64,000 nucleotides of DNA, taken from positions 67,410-131,409 of the forward strand of contig NZ_CAXBGN010000011.1 in assembly GCF_963975415.1 (NCBI RefSeq). Direction: 5' to 3'. The DNA is from an uncultured Kriegella sp. (GTDB lineage Bacteria > Bacteroidota > Bacteroidia > Flavobacteriales > Flavobacteriaceae). Made by a program: the position numbers and the translations under genes. The notes under the pieces are model-generated. The model searched no databases, had not been told where the DNA came from, and saw nothing but the letters and a program-made list of their open reading frames with translations. This document shows positions 31,082 through 40,600 of this stretch, piece after piece; positions within the stretch are counted from its first letter, which is position 1; every line of letters starts with the position of its first letter.

Positions 31082-33178
31082 TTACTTCGAAAAAAATACA
31101 GCTTCCGGTACTTCTGCTTGTAAAAGAGAGGGGCCTTTCCATTGCAGATCAAATTTATGTTCTTTACCGGAATCGCTTTGGCTATAAATACGAATCGGAT
31201 GGTACCCTTCCTTTAATTTAATAGCCCCTTTCCTAACCGTTTCAGGCAAATATCCATAATCGGCATCAATCACACTGGCATCGTGAATGCGTATAAAAGC
31301 TTTGTTCGTAACGCTTAAGAAAAAAGTGTATATACCACTTCTCGGGATTCTAATGTATCCCTCAAAAAGGTATACATTTCCTTTCTTTGATTTGATCTGA
31401 TTCAGTGAAGGCCTTTTGGCAGTTCCGTGTTCTAGGGGAATCAAATCGTCAACACGGGCCAGCCAAGGAGCCTCACTTTCATATGCTTTCCAACGCAATC
31501 CCTTTTTTAATCCATTGACAGAGACGGCCGATACCCCTTCACCGTCATAAGGTCGTGCCGCGGCAGTATCGGGCACCCGTATTTGCAAGACACGTTCTTT
31601 CATTCGTTTTTGTAGTTCGGCCATGTTCGCATTACCAGCAAGATTCGTCGCCTGATGGGTATCGTCAATTACATTATAAAATTCAAAATCGTCATCTGCT
31701 TCTTGAATATTATAGCGTAATCCAACAATATCGCCTATGCGCATCATTTGCATCTGTTTTCTTAGCCTACCCCGGTTATTGGGTGCAAATTCATCATACT
31801 CGGGTGATTTTCGGCCTTGATTATATTCAACATAAACCAAACTTTCTTTTTGTTCTCCCTGTCCGCTTAAACTAGGCAATAACGATACCCCGTCACTATT
31901 CGCAGGTGCCGGGAGCCCTGCGGCATCTAAGAAGGTCGGAAGCCAATCGTAGGAAATGTTTGGCGAATCGACTACACTTCCGGCAGGAATTTGTGTCGGC
32001 CATCTTGCTATCAAAGGGGTTCGCTCCCCTCCTTCCAAAACATCTCTTTTGATACCATCAAAGGGGCCAAAACTGTTAAAGAAATTTGCTTTGTAGCGCT
32101 CTTTTGGTAAATAAGATTCAATAGACGGACCATTATCCGAATTAAAAATCACTAAGGTATTTTCATCAATACCTAAATCGCCTAACAATTGCAGAATATC
32201 TCCCACCTCATTATCGATACGTCTTGTGCTAGTAGCATACCGCTTGTATACGTCGGGCCACGCCACCTCGGGGGTTGAAGAATCATTATCATCATCGTAT
32301 GTAGCCATTGCATAATCTGGGTGTACCCAAGAGTCTACTACCCCTGATGCCGTATTGATCATATGGCCCGGGGTACCGGTCCACTGCAATCCTCCCTTGA
32401 GGCCACCTCCCTTAGGATAGGCCTGTGTCGGCAGCTCTAATACAGCATGGGGAGTATCGAAGGCCAAATACATAAAGAAAGGTTGCTTATCTTTATTCTG
32501 GCTCTGTTCTACAATCCATTTTTTGGCAACGGCTGTCCATAAATCTCCGGTATAGCACTTATCAAGGTCTTTACTTACCTCTGTCTTGTTTTCATATACC
32601 TCTTTTTGACCACGATAAACTCCTTCTTTGGGGTAGTGTTCGTGACCGTCTGAATGGCGCATATATCCGTAGTAATAGTCGAAACCCCTATTTAAGGGAT
32701 GTGCAGGCCATGAATCACCATTTTCAGACCATCGCTTCGAACCTTGAAGTCCCCATTTACCAATAGCGGCTGTCTTGTAGCCCGCCTTTTGTAAAACATT
32801 GCCAACGGTGTGGTTATCGGCCAATGCCTTATCGAATTGGTTGTCTCGAACATTGGCATGGCCCTGGCTCAATCCGGATAAAAAAGAAGATCTTGAAGGG
32901 GCGCAAACCGGTGCCGCAGTATAGTGATGGGTTAAAATTGCGCCCTCTGAAGCCATTTGATCAAGATTGGGAGTGAATACCCATGGTTCACTACGGTCAT
33001 TTCTCTTTTTCCTCTGATTTTGAAAAAATACGCCTACATCTCCATACCCCAAATCATCGGTGAGTATATAGATAATATTTGGCTTGCTCTTATCAGTAGC
33101 CTTTTTAGTCTGACTTTTGACCATCTGCTGGCTAAACAGCAACACTACGATACTAATAATGCCATATACTTTTCTCAT
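31082..33178 (-). CDS. Formylglycine-dependent sulfatase with C-terminal PA14-like domain
   Basis: 698 aa with a signal peptide. It carries the sulfatase signature CAPSRSSFLSG (C-x-P-x-R) and the metal-ligand block DDLGYGD. The C-terminal roughly 140 aa is PA14/GLEYA-like (GLRWKAYES...GIYTFFL...IRIHDASVIDAD...GYHPIRIY). Confidence 0.85.
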   Translation of the reverse strand: MRKVYGIISIVVLLFSQQMVKSQTKKATDKSKPNIIYILTDDLGYGDVGVFFQNQRKKRNDRSEPWVFTPNLDQMASEGAILTHHYTAAPVCAPSRSSFLSGLSQGHANVRDNQFDKALADNHTVGNVLQKAGYKTAAIGKWGLQGSKRWSENGDSWPAHPLNRGFDYYYGYMRHSDGHEHYPKEGVYRGQKEVYENKTEVSKDLDKCYTGDLWTAVAKKWIVEQSQNKDKQPFFMYLAFDTPHAVLELPTQAYPKGGGLKGGLQWTGTPGHMINTASGVVDSWVHPDYAMATYDDDNDSSTPEVAWPDVYKRYATSTRRIDNEVGDILQLLGDLGIDENTLVIFNSDNGPSIESYLPKERYKANFFNSFGPFDGIKRDVLEGGERTPLIARWPTQIPAGSVVDSPNISYDWLPTFLDAAGLPAPANSDGVSLLPSLSGQGEQKESLVYVEYNQGRKSPEYDEFAPNNRGRLRKQMQMMRIGDIVGLRYNIQEADDDFEFYNVIDDTHQATNLAGNANMAELQKRMKERVLQIRVPDTAAARPYDGEGVSAVSVNGLKKGLRWKAYESEAPWLARVDDLIPLEHGTAKRPSLNQIKSKKGNVYLFEGYIRIPRSGIYTFFLSVTNKAFIRIHDASVIDADYGYLPETVRKGAIKLKEGYHPIRIYSQSDSGKEHKFDLQWKGPSLLQAEVPEAVFFSK

Positions 33179-33263
33179 AATTCTATGGATGTTGTTTTAT
33201 CGATTTATCGCAATTAAGGAGAATCTCGTTAATTTCATATCGATATTATCTTAAATACTAGCT

Positions 33264-34529
33264 TCAATTCTTTTCATATGCCTGTCCATACCTTAATAAG
33301 CTTTCCAAATAATAGTAATCGGCATAATTTAAAGGAACATCGATTTCATTACCGTGAGGAATACTGCCTACACTATGCTTTAAAATAAAATCATTGTTCC
33401 CCCCTATTTTTGCGGTATATTCCTCAGAAGCCAAAGAATTTAGAATTTCATCGATTTGCGCCCTGTACGACTCTTTTGTAAAACTATCTAGTTCGATAAG
33501 AGCCGATACAATAATGGTGGCCGCGGAAACATCCCGTGGTTCGTCGGGAATTTTGTCGGCATTATAATCCCAATAAGGTATGGCATCGGCCGGTCTATTA
33601 TCATAAATATATTGGGCTATTTTCTTAGCCTGATCAAGATACTTCTCATCTTTAGTGTAGCGATAGCAGACCGTATAGCCATACAGGCCCCAGGCTTGGC
33701 CTCTAGCCCAAGCACTCTCATGGGCGAAACCTTGGGCCGTCTCTTTGTTTCTAACCTTTCCCGTTTCGGGGTCATAATCCACAACGTGATACGAAGAGTT
33801 GTCTTCCCTAAAGTGATGCTTCAAAGTCGTATTCGCATGCGTTATCGCTATTTCCTTGTATTTATCATCTCCGGTCAGTTCACTGACTTTAAATAAAAGC
33901 TCCAAATTCATCATGTTATCAATAATTACAGGAAACATCCAGTTTCTTTCAGATTGCCAACCCCTGTCCACATCCCAGCTCTTAATACATCCGACGTTGG
34001 GGTTAAATCTGGTAGACAAAGATTCGGCCGCCGTTATCATGACCGCCATAAAATCTGTGTTTTGAGTCAATTCATAGCCATTGCCGTATGAACAGTTGAA
34101 GACAAAACCCAAATCATGATTTGTAGTTAAGTTTTTATGTTGTTCGAACATCGCTTGAAAAGATGTTGCGGCACTCTTCCATTTTTCATCTTTAGTGTAT
34201 TTATACAAATACCATAGACTACCAGGGTAAAAACCTTCTGTCCAGTCGAATTTCAGATTCGTCCAATGCATTTCTCCCTCAGGATTGACAGTTCTCGGGA
34301 TTCTATTTTCTTCTGTGGCGAACGCCGTTTGAAGATCTAACTGTCGCAACGCACTAGACAATGCTTCGTCTACGTCTACACTTTTTTCAATGGCACTACT
34401 GGGCACCGCTTTGTCGGAAATCTTTTCGCTATTGTTTTTACAGGAGCTCAACAATACTATAAGAAGTAGAAAACACCTGATTTTTCCGAAATGACCCAAT
34501 TGTAACTTATAGACAAAATTTTCATTCAT
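33264..34529 (-). CDS. GH88-family unsaturated glucuronyl hydrolase, lipoprotein
   Basis: (alpha/alpha)6-type sequence with a GH88-like block (ARGQAWGLYGY, HDLGF). The start is placed at MNENF (34529), giving a lipoprotein signal (LLSSC). The track's start at 34598 is less likely. Confidence 0.75.
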   Translation of the reverse strand: MNENFVYKLQLGHFGKIRCFLLLIVLLSSCKNNSEKISDKAVPSSAIEKSVDVDEALSSALRQLDLQTAFATEENRIPRTVNPEGEMHWTNLKFDWTEGFYPGSLWYLYKYTKDEKWKSAATSFQAMFEQHKNLTTNHDLGFVFNCSYGNGYELTQNTDFMAVMITAAESLSTRFNPNVGCIKSWDVDRGWQSERNWMFPVIIDNMMNLELLFKVSELTGDDKYKEIAITHANTTLKHHFREDNSSYHVVDYDPETGKVRNKETAQGFAHESAWARGQAWGLYGYTVCYRYTKDEKYLDQAKKIAQYIYDNRPADAIPYWDYNADKIPDEPRDVSAATIIVSALIELDSFTKESYRAQIDEILNSLASEEYTAKIGGNNDFILKHSVGSIPHGNEIDVPLNYADYYYLESLLRYGQAYEKN

Positions 34530-34694
34530 AGCACGCTCAATTTTTTTATGAACCCACAAAATACAATTAAAGAAACAATTTGTGAATAATATACCCACTA
34601 CTTCCTTAGCCTAACATATATTAAATCGGTGCTAAAATAGCATCATTTCGCTATTGATTACCTTTGGGGTTGTACAAGACGCCTAAAATACACT

Positions 34695-35369
34695 ATGAGC
34701 TCTGAACAAGAAAAAAAAATAGCGGCTATCGAATCGGTCGCTTTGGTGGAAAACGGGATGTTGGTTGGCTTGGGATCAGGTTCTACAGCGGTATTTATGA
34801 TTCAAAAGCTAGGGGAAGAAGTCGCAAAGGGGCTTTCAATAAAGGGGGTGCCCTCTTCCATCGCCACTGCGAAACTAGCCCGTGAAGTCGGTATACCTTT
34901 AGTTTCTCTAGAAGATGCAATGACATTGGACATAAACATTGACGGAGCTGATGAATTTGACCCATCAATGCAGTTGATCAAAGGCGGCGGCGGTGCGCTT
35001 TTAAGGGAGAAAATTGTTGCTCACAATTCTAAATACAATGTTATTATTGCCAATTCAACCAAGAAAGTTGAAAAATTAGGCAAATTTAAACTGCCCATCG
35101 AAACCATTCCTTTTGCCACGAAGAATATTATGGCTGAATTGGACCAGGTGGGGTTAAAACCGAAACTTCGATCGGTGAAAGGAATCCCGTATAAAACCGA
35201 CGAAAATAACCTGATCGTTGACCTTGATATTTGGGAATGGGACGATATACCACGCCTAAACGAAATATTGCTAAAAATTCCGGGTCTTGTCGAAACCGGA
35301 CTTTTTCTAGATTCTACAGACCTCATACTTGTCGGTAAAGGCGATTCGGTCATTAAAATCGAAAAATAG
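34695..35369 (+). CDS. rpiA: Ribose-5-phosphate isomerase A
   Basis: 224 aa with RpiA motifs GLGSGST, DGADE and KGGGGALLREK. A TACCTTTG -7-like box lies at 34659-34666. Confidence 0.9.
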   Translation: MSSEQEKKIAAIESVALVENGMLVGLGSGSTAVFMIQKLGEEVAKGLSIKGVPSSIATAKLAREVGIPLVSLEDAMTLDINIDGADEFDPSMQLIKGGGGALLREKIVAHNSKYNVIIANSTKKVEKLGKFKLPIETIPFATKNIMAELDQVGLKPKLRSVKGIPYKTDENNLIVDLDIWEWDDIPRLNEILLKIPGLVETGLFLDSTDLILVGKGDSVIKIEK

Positions 35370-35426
35370 GAATCAGTCGACCACCCATCGTGTTATGATG
35401 ACCGTCAATAAACGAATAATGAACAA

Positions 35427-36995
35427 ATGAATTTGAACATAAAAGATACGTTTAATCAAGAATTGCCCGCAGACCCCGTTTTGGAAAATACACGAAGGCA
35501 AGTACTCGAAGCATGTTTTTCGTTCGTCGAACCGAAAAAAACCGCCCATCCGAAACTTGTGCATACCTCTTTTGAAATGACCGAAGCACTGGGGTTGACT
35601 AAAGAGGATTTAAATTCCAATTTATTTCTAAAGGTCTTTACGGGCAATAAAGTACTGTCAGGCACCAAACCTTATGCAATGTGTTATGGAGGGCATCAAT
35701 TTGGAAATTGGGCAGGGCAACTTGGTGATGGAAGGGCCATTAATTTGGCCGAGGTCGAACATGACCATAAAAGTTGGGCATTGCAATTAAAAGGGGCAGG
35801 GAAAACCCCATATTCCCGTACGGCAGATGGGTTGGCCGTATTGCGATCTTCAATACGAGAATACCTCTGTAGCGAGGCTATGTACCATCTTAGAGTGCCC
35901 ACCACTAGGGCATTATCATTGGCCCTTACAGGAGACCAGGTATTACGCGATGTGCTTTACAACGGCAATCCCGCATACGAAAAAGGTGCTATTGTCTGTA
36001 GAGTAGCTCCTTCTTTTCTGCGTTTTGGCAATTACCAGATTCTTGCAGCGCAGCAAGACGACAAAATCCTTAGAATATTGACCGACTACACGTTAAAGCA
36101 TTTCTTTTCAGATTTAGGAAAGCCGTCTAAGAAAACGTACTTGAACTTTTTCGAGGAAGTCGCCGACCGAACGTTGCATATGATAATTCATTGGCAGCGT
36201 GTAGGTTTTGTACACGGGGTCATGAATACTGACAATATGTCTATTTTAGGATTGACAATAGATTATGGCCCCTATGGTTGGCTAGAAGGTTATGATAAAG
36301 GCTGGACCCCCAATACCACTGACAATCAATATAAAAGATATCGTTATGGCAATCAATCGAATATCGGTCTTTGGAATTTATTTCAGTTGGCCAACGCCTT
36401 GTTCCCACTGATAGGGGAAGCGCCGCCTTTGGAGGCCATTTTGGAAGCCTATAAAACCAAGTATCAAATCAAATATCTCGAAATGATGAAGTCTAAAATC
36501 GGACTTTTCACGGATGATTCCGAGGATGTTCAGCTCATTAATACTTTAGAGGAAAACTTAGAGCTGACAGAAACCGATATGACGATTTTCTTTCGAAAGT
36601 TGGGTGATTTCAAAAAGGAAACTAGTAGTGAAACACCATTCACAGATGTGGTCGGAGCTGCTTTTTATGTACCGAGTGAGTTAAAAGAAGAAATACTTTT
36701 AAAATGGCAAACGTGGTTTTCTGCCTATCGCAAACGCCTCAAGAAAGAAGAATTGACCGATAAGGAACGGAAGGACAAAATGAATACTATTAATCCCAAA
36801 TATGTACTACGTAATTACATGGCGCAATTAGCCATCGATGCAGCCGATAATGATGATTTTTCACTTATTGATGAATTGTACGTGCTTTTGAAAAATCCGT
36901 ATGATGAACAGATTGAATCTGAAAAATGGTTCGCAAAACGCCCTGAATGGGCTCGACATAAAGTCGGTTGCTCTATGTTGTCGTGCAGTTCATGA
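35427..36995 (+). CDS. selO: Protein adenylyltransferase SelO/YdiU (UPF0061)
   Basis: 522 aa with SelO-like blocks: YGGHQFGNWAGQLGDGRA, HGVMNTDNMSILGLTIDYGP and the C-terminal CSS terminus. Confidence 0.85.
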   Translation: MNLNIKDTFNQELPADPVLENTRRQVLEACFSFVEPKKTAHPKLVHTSFEMTEALGLTKEDLNSNLFLKVFTGNKVLSGTKPYAMCYGGHQFGNWAGQLGDGRAINLAEVEHDHKSWALQLKGAGKTPYSRTADGLAVLRSSIREYLCSEAMYHLRVPTTRALSLALTGDQVLRDVLYNGNPAYEKGAIVCRVAPSFLRFGNYQILAAQQDDKILRILTDYTLKHFFSDLGKPSKKTYLNFFEEVADRTLHMIIHWQRVGFVHGVMNTDNMSILGLTIDYGPYGWLEGYDKGWTPNTTDNQYKRYRYGNQSNIGLWNLFQLANALFPLIGEAPPLEAILEAYKTKYQIKYLEMMKSKIGLFTDDSEDVQLINTLEENLELTETDMTIFFRKLGDFKKETSSETPFTDVVGAAFYVPSELKEEILLKWQTWFSAYRKRLKKEELTDKERKDKMNTINPKYVLRNYMAQLAIDAADNDDFSLIDELYVLLKNPYDEQIESEKWFAKRPEWARHKVGCSMLSCSS

Positions 36996-37116
36996 AGCAG
37001 CCATCTCAAAAAATGGCGACCTATTAATTCATATCTCACTATTTAGTAATAAGGGCAAGCCGTGATAATTTCCATTAACAGATCATAGTTAATAAAAAAT
37101 ACATTTTTTTTCTTTT

Positions 37117-37161
37117 TGTAACTTTTGTTACTTCATAGCATTGTTATTTCTGTTATTTTTG
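37117..37161 (+). promoter_or_regulatory. Operator TGTAACTTTTGTTACT plus -7 box TATTTTTG (czc operon promoter)
   Basis: The palindrome spans 37117-37132 (centre 37124.5). A perfect TAnnTTTG lies at 37154-37161, 29.5 nt from the centre. Half-sites and phasing match the site at 47987-48002. Confidence 0.65.
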
Positions 37162-37166
37162 TTTCT

Positions 37167-37568
37167 ATGGTCAAGCTATTTTCCATACTGATGTCTAGTC
37201 TGATGTTGATTCAAAGCTTCGGTATTACCTTTGGTGATATTGTACAATTGGACGAATTTATGGAGCATGCCAATTTTCATGCGGAAAAATACGGGGATAA
37301 TTTACTCGTGTTTATTTCAAAACATTATGGTGAATTAAAGGAACAGCATAGTAACGACCACAAAGAAGAAAAAAGAGACCACGAAAACTTACCCTTTCAA
37401 AACAACGGCCATTGCACTTCATCGTCTTTTGCTATCGTATTCAGTACCTTTTCGTCCGAATTAAAGTCACTTCAAAACCTGGAAGATAAAGTGACCAATT
37501 TCTACTATCCGCTTCCTTCCTCCTCCTTGCATTCTACAGGTACATTTCAACCTCCCCGATTCGTATAA
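37167..37568 (+). CDS. Small His-rich secreted protein, first gene of the czc operon
   Basis: The ATG at 37167 gives a signal-like N-terminus (MVKLFSILMSSLMLIQSFG). There is a His/Glu-rich middle (EQHSNDHKEEKRDHEN). The track's TTG start at 37125 lies upstream of the predicted promoter. Confidence 0.55.
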   Translation: MVKLFSILMSSLMLIQSFGITFGDIVQLDEFMEHANFHAEKYGDNLLVFISKHYGELKEQHSNDHKEEKRDHENLPFQNNGHCTSSSFAIVFSTFSSELKSLQNLEDKVTNFYYPLPSSSLHSTGTFQPPRFV

Positions 37569-37659
37569 TTCATTTACCGCTAAAAGTGGTATTTACATGT
37601 TCACAAGTTCAACACCATAGCGTTTTGAGCTAGTAATAACTTATGTTTTTCAATGAATT

Positions 37660-40600
37660 ATGCTATCACGTATCATAGATTTTAGTATTAAGAACAAATT
37701 TGTTGTTCTCTTGTTTACAGTATTTATATTCGGGTTCGGAGTCTATTCGCTTTCTCAAATCCCCATTGGGGCGGTTCCTGATATCACCAACAATCAAGTT
37801 CAGGTAATCACTACCTCACGTAATTTGTCGACCCAAGACATGGAACAGTTCATAACCTATCCTGTTGAATTGGAAATGGCAAATTTGCCCGGTGTGAAGG
37901 AGATTCGCTCCGTTTCAAAATTTGGACTTTCGGTTGTGACTATAGTTTTTGATGAAAATTTAGGCACTTATTTACCGCGTCAACTTATTGCCGAAAAAAT
38001 AAAATCAGCCTCCGAAAAAATACCGGAAGGATTTGGAACTCCTGAAATGGGACCGATTTCGACAGGATTAGGAGAAATCTATCAATACACCTTGGACGTA
38101 GAACCAGCGTTCAAAGATCGGTATTCCACAGAAGATTTACGTACAATTCAAGACTGGATCGTAAAACGCCAACTTTCCGGTATCCCGGGGGTTGTAGAAG
38201 TAAATACATGGGGAGGTCTTCTAAAGCAATATGAGGTCGCCATAAAGACCGAGAAATTAAATGCGATGAACATTACGGCACACGATATTTTCACAGCCTT
38301 GGAAATGAACAATAGCGTAAGTGGTGGGGGCTATATCGAAAAGGTGAATCAAGCTTATTTTATACGTGGCGAAGGGCTGGTGACATCTTTGGAAGACATT
38401 GAAAACATCGTGGTCAAAAATGTCAACGGTACTCCAATTTATGTAAAAAATGTGGCTGAAGTAGGTTTTGGAAGTGCCCTTCGTTTTGGCGCCATAACAG
38501 GAAATGCGGAAGGAGAAAAAGTTCTCGGCCAAGTTATGATGCTCAAAGATGCGAATTCAAAAAAAGTAATCGATGCCGTTAAAGAACGTGTAGCCTCAAT
38601 ATCGAAATCGTTACCTCAAGGCGTCTATATCAATGCTTTTTTAGACCGTAGCGACCTTATTGGCAAGACTACGTTTACCGTAACGGAAAATCTTGTGTTG
38701 GGCTGTTTGATCGTCATCTTTGTCGTAGTTCTATTATTGGGTAATTTTAGATCGGGGCTGGTCGTAGCATCGGTCATACCGCTTAGCTTGCTCTTTGCGC
38801 TCTCATTGATGTACATTTTTGGTGTTGATGCGAATCTAATGAGTCTGGGAGCCATAGATTTTGGGATTATTATCGATGGGGCCGTAATCATCGTGGAATT
38901 TATCGCCTTTCAAATTACCCAACGTAAATCGGAAATCGATGCATCGTCTCAACAATCAAATACTGAAAAGCAAGCGCTAAAAGACGAAATCACCTTTAAT
39001 GGTGCATCTAAAATGATGAACTCAGCCATATTCGGACAACTTATTATTCTCATCGTTTTTATTCCGATTCTGTCGCTAAGTGGTGTTGAAGGCAAGATGT
39101 TCAAACCCATGGCATTGACCTTCAGTTTCGCGCTTATTGGGGCCATGGTTTTCTGCTTTACGTATGTGCCCGTCGCTGCATCATTGTTCTTAAAACCCTC
39201 TAAAAATTCCAATAAAAATATCTCAGTTCGCTTGATGGCCTGGATCAATAGACGTTACGACCCTATTATTGATTGGGCCTTACGCAGCAAATCTATCGTA
39301 TTGGCTACAGCACTTCTTTTATTAAGTATTTCGATATACATATTTACAACCATGGGCAGCGAATTCGTACCCACATTAGACGAAGGGGACTTTGTTATTC
39401 AACCTGTTTTAAAAACAGGAACTTCCTTGAGCAGCACCATAGAAAAGACGACGCAAATTGAAAAAATATTGATTGACAATTTTCCTGAAGTAAATCAAGT
39501 GGTTACCCGTATTGGTGCGGCCGAAGTACCTACCGACCCGATGTCGATGGAAGAAAGCGATGTCATCATCACATTGAGACCCAAAAAAGAATGGGTTTCT
39601 GCCGATTCAAAAGACGAATTGGCCAATAAATTTAAGGAGGCCCTTTCTGTCGTTCCGGGTATGGAAGTAGAGTTTACACAACCCATTGAAATGCGTTTTA
39701 ACGAACTTATTACAGGTGTTCGGGCCGATATTGCCATCAAAATTTTTGGGGAAGACTTAGGCATCCTTTCAGAAAAAGGAAACGAAATTAAATCGCTTAT
39801 TTCAAATGTTGCGGGCGCAGCAGACATTTCAGTTGAAAAAGTCGTTGGTCTACCGCAAATGAATGTTACCTACAATCGTGCTAAAATCGCGCGTTATGGC
39901 CTTAATATTCATGATATAAACAATTTGGTTTCTATGGGTTTTGCAGGAAAAACAGCGGGAAGCGTTTTCGAGGGAGAAAAGCGGTTTGACCTCGTAATGC
40001 GGTTAGAGAAAAAGAATAGACAAGATATCGACAACCTTAAAAATCTTTATGTCGATTTGCCTGCGGGCGGCAAAATCCCCTTGAGCGAACTTGCCGAAAT
40101 AACATACAAAAAAGGAGCAGCCAAAATCTCACGCGACGATACAAAACGTAGAATTGTGGTAGGTGTGAATGTCCGTGACCGCGACCTTCAATCAGTGGTC
40201 GATGATGTTCAAAGACTGATTGAAGAAAATATAAACCTACCCATTGGATATTCCATTACTTACGGCGGCCAATTTGAAAATCTACAAAGTGCAAGAGCCA
40301 GATTATTGATTGCTGTGCCCATTGCACTACTGCTTATTTTTGTCTTATTGTACTTTGCTTTTAAATCGGTCAAGGAGGCACTATTGATTTACTCCGCTAT
40401 TCCCCTTGCCGCGGTTGGCGGTATATTGTTGCTATGGATAAGAGGCCTGCCATTTTCCATCTCCGCCGGCGTGGGCTTTATAGCTTTATTTGGCATCGCG
40501 GTACTTAATGGCATCGTGTTGATCGAGCATTTCAAGGAGCTTAAGAAACAGCCATTTACAACTATAGATGCACTTATTAAACAAGGTACCCAAGACCGCC

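Noticed and set aside
35397-35408. TGATGACCGTCA, matching the TGAY-N4-RTCA core, just upstream of selO.
   Set aside because: It lies only about 19 nt before the start codon. No TAnnTTTG-like element sits at the 29.5-nt offset on either strand. It is probably a chance match.
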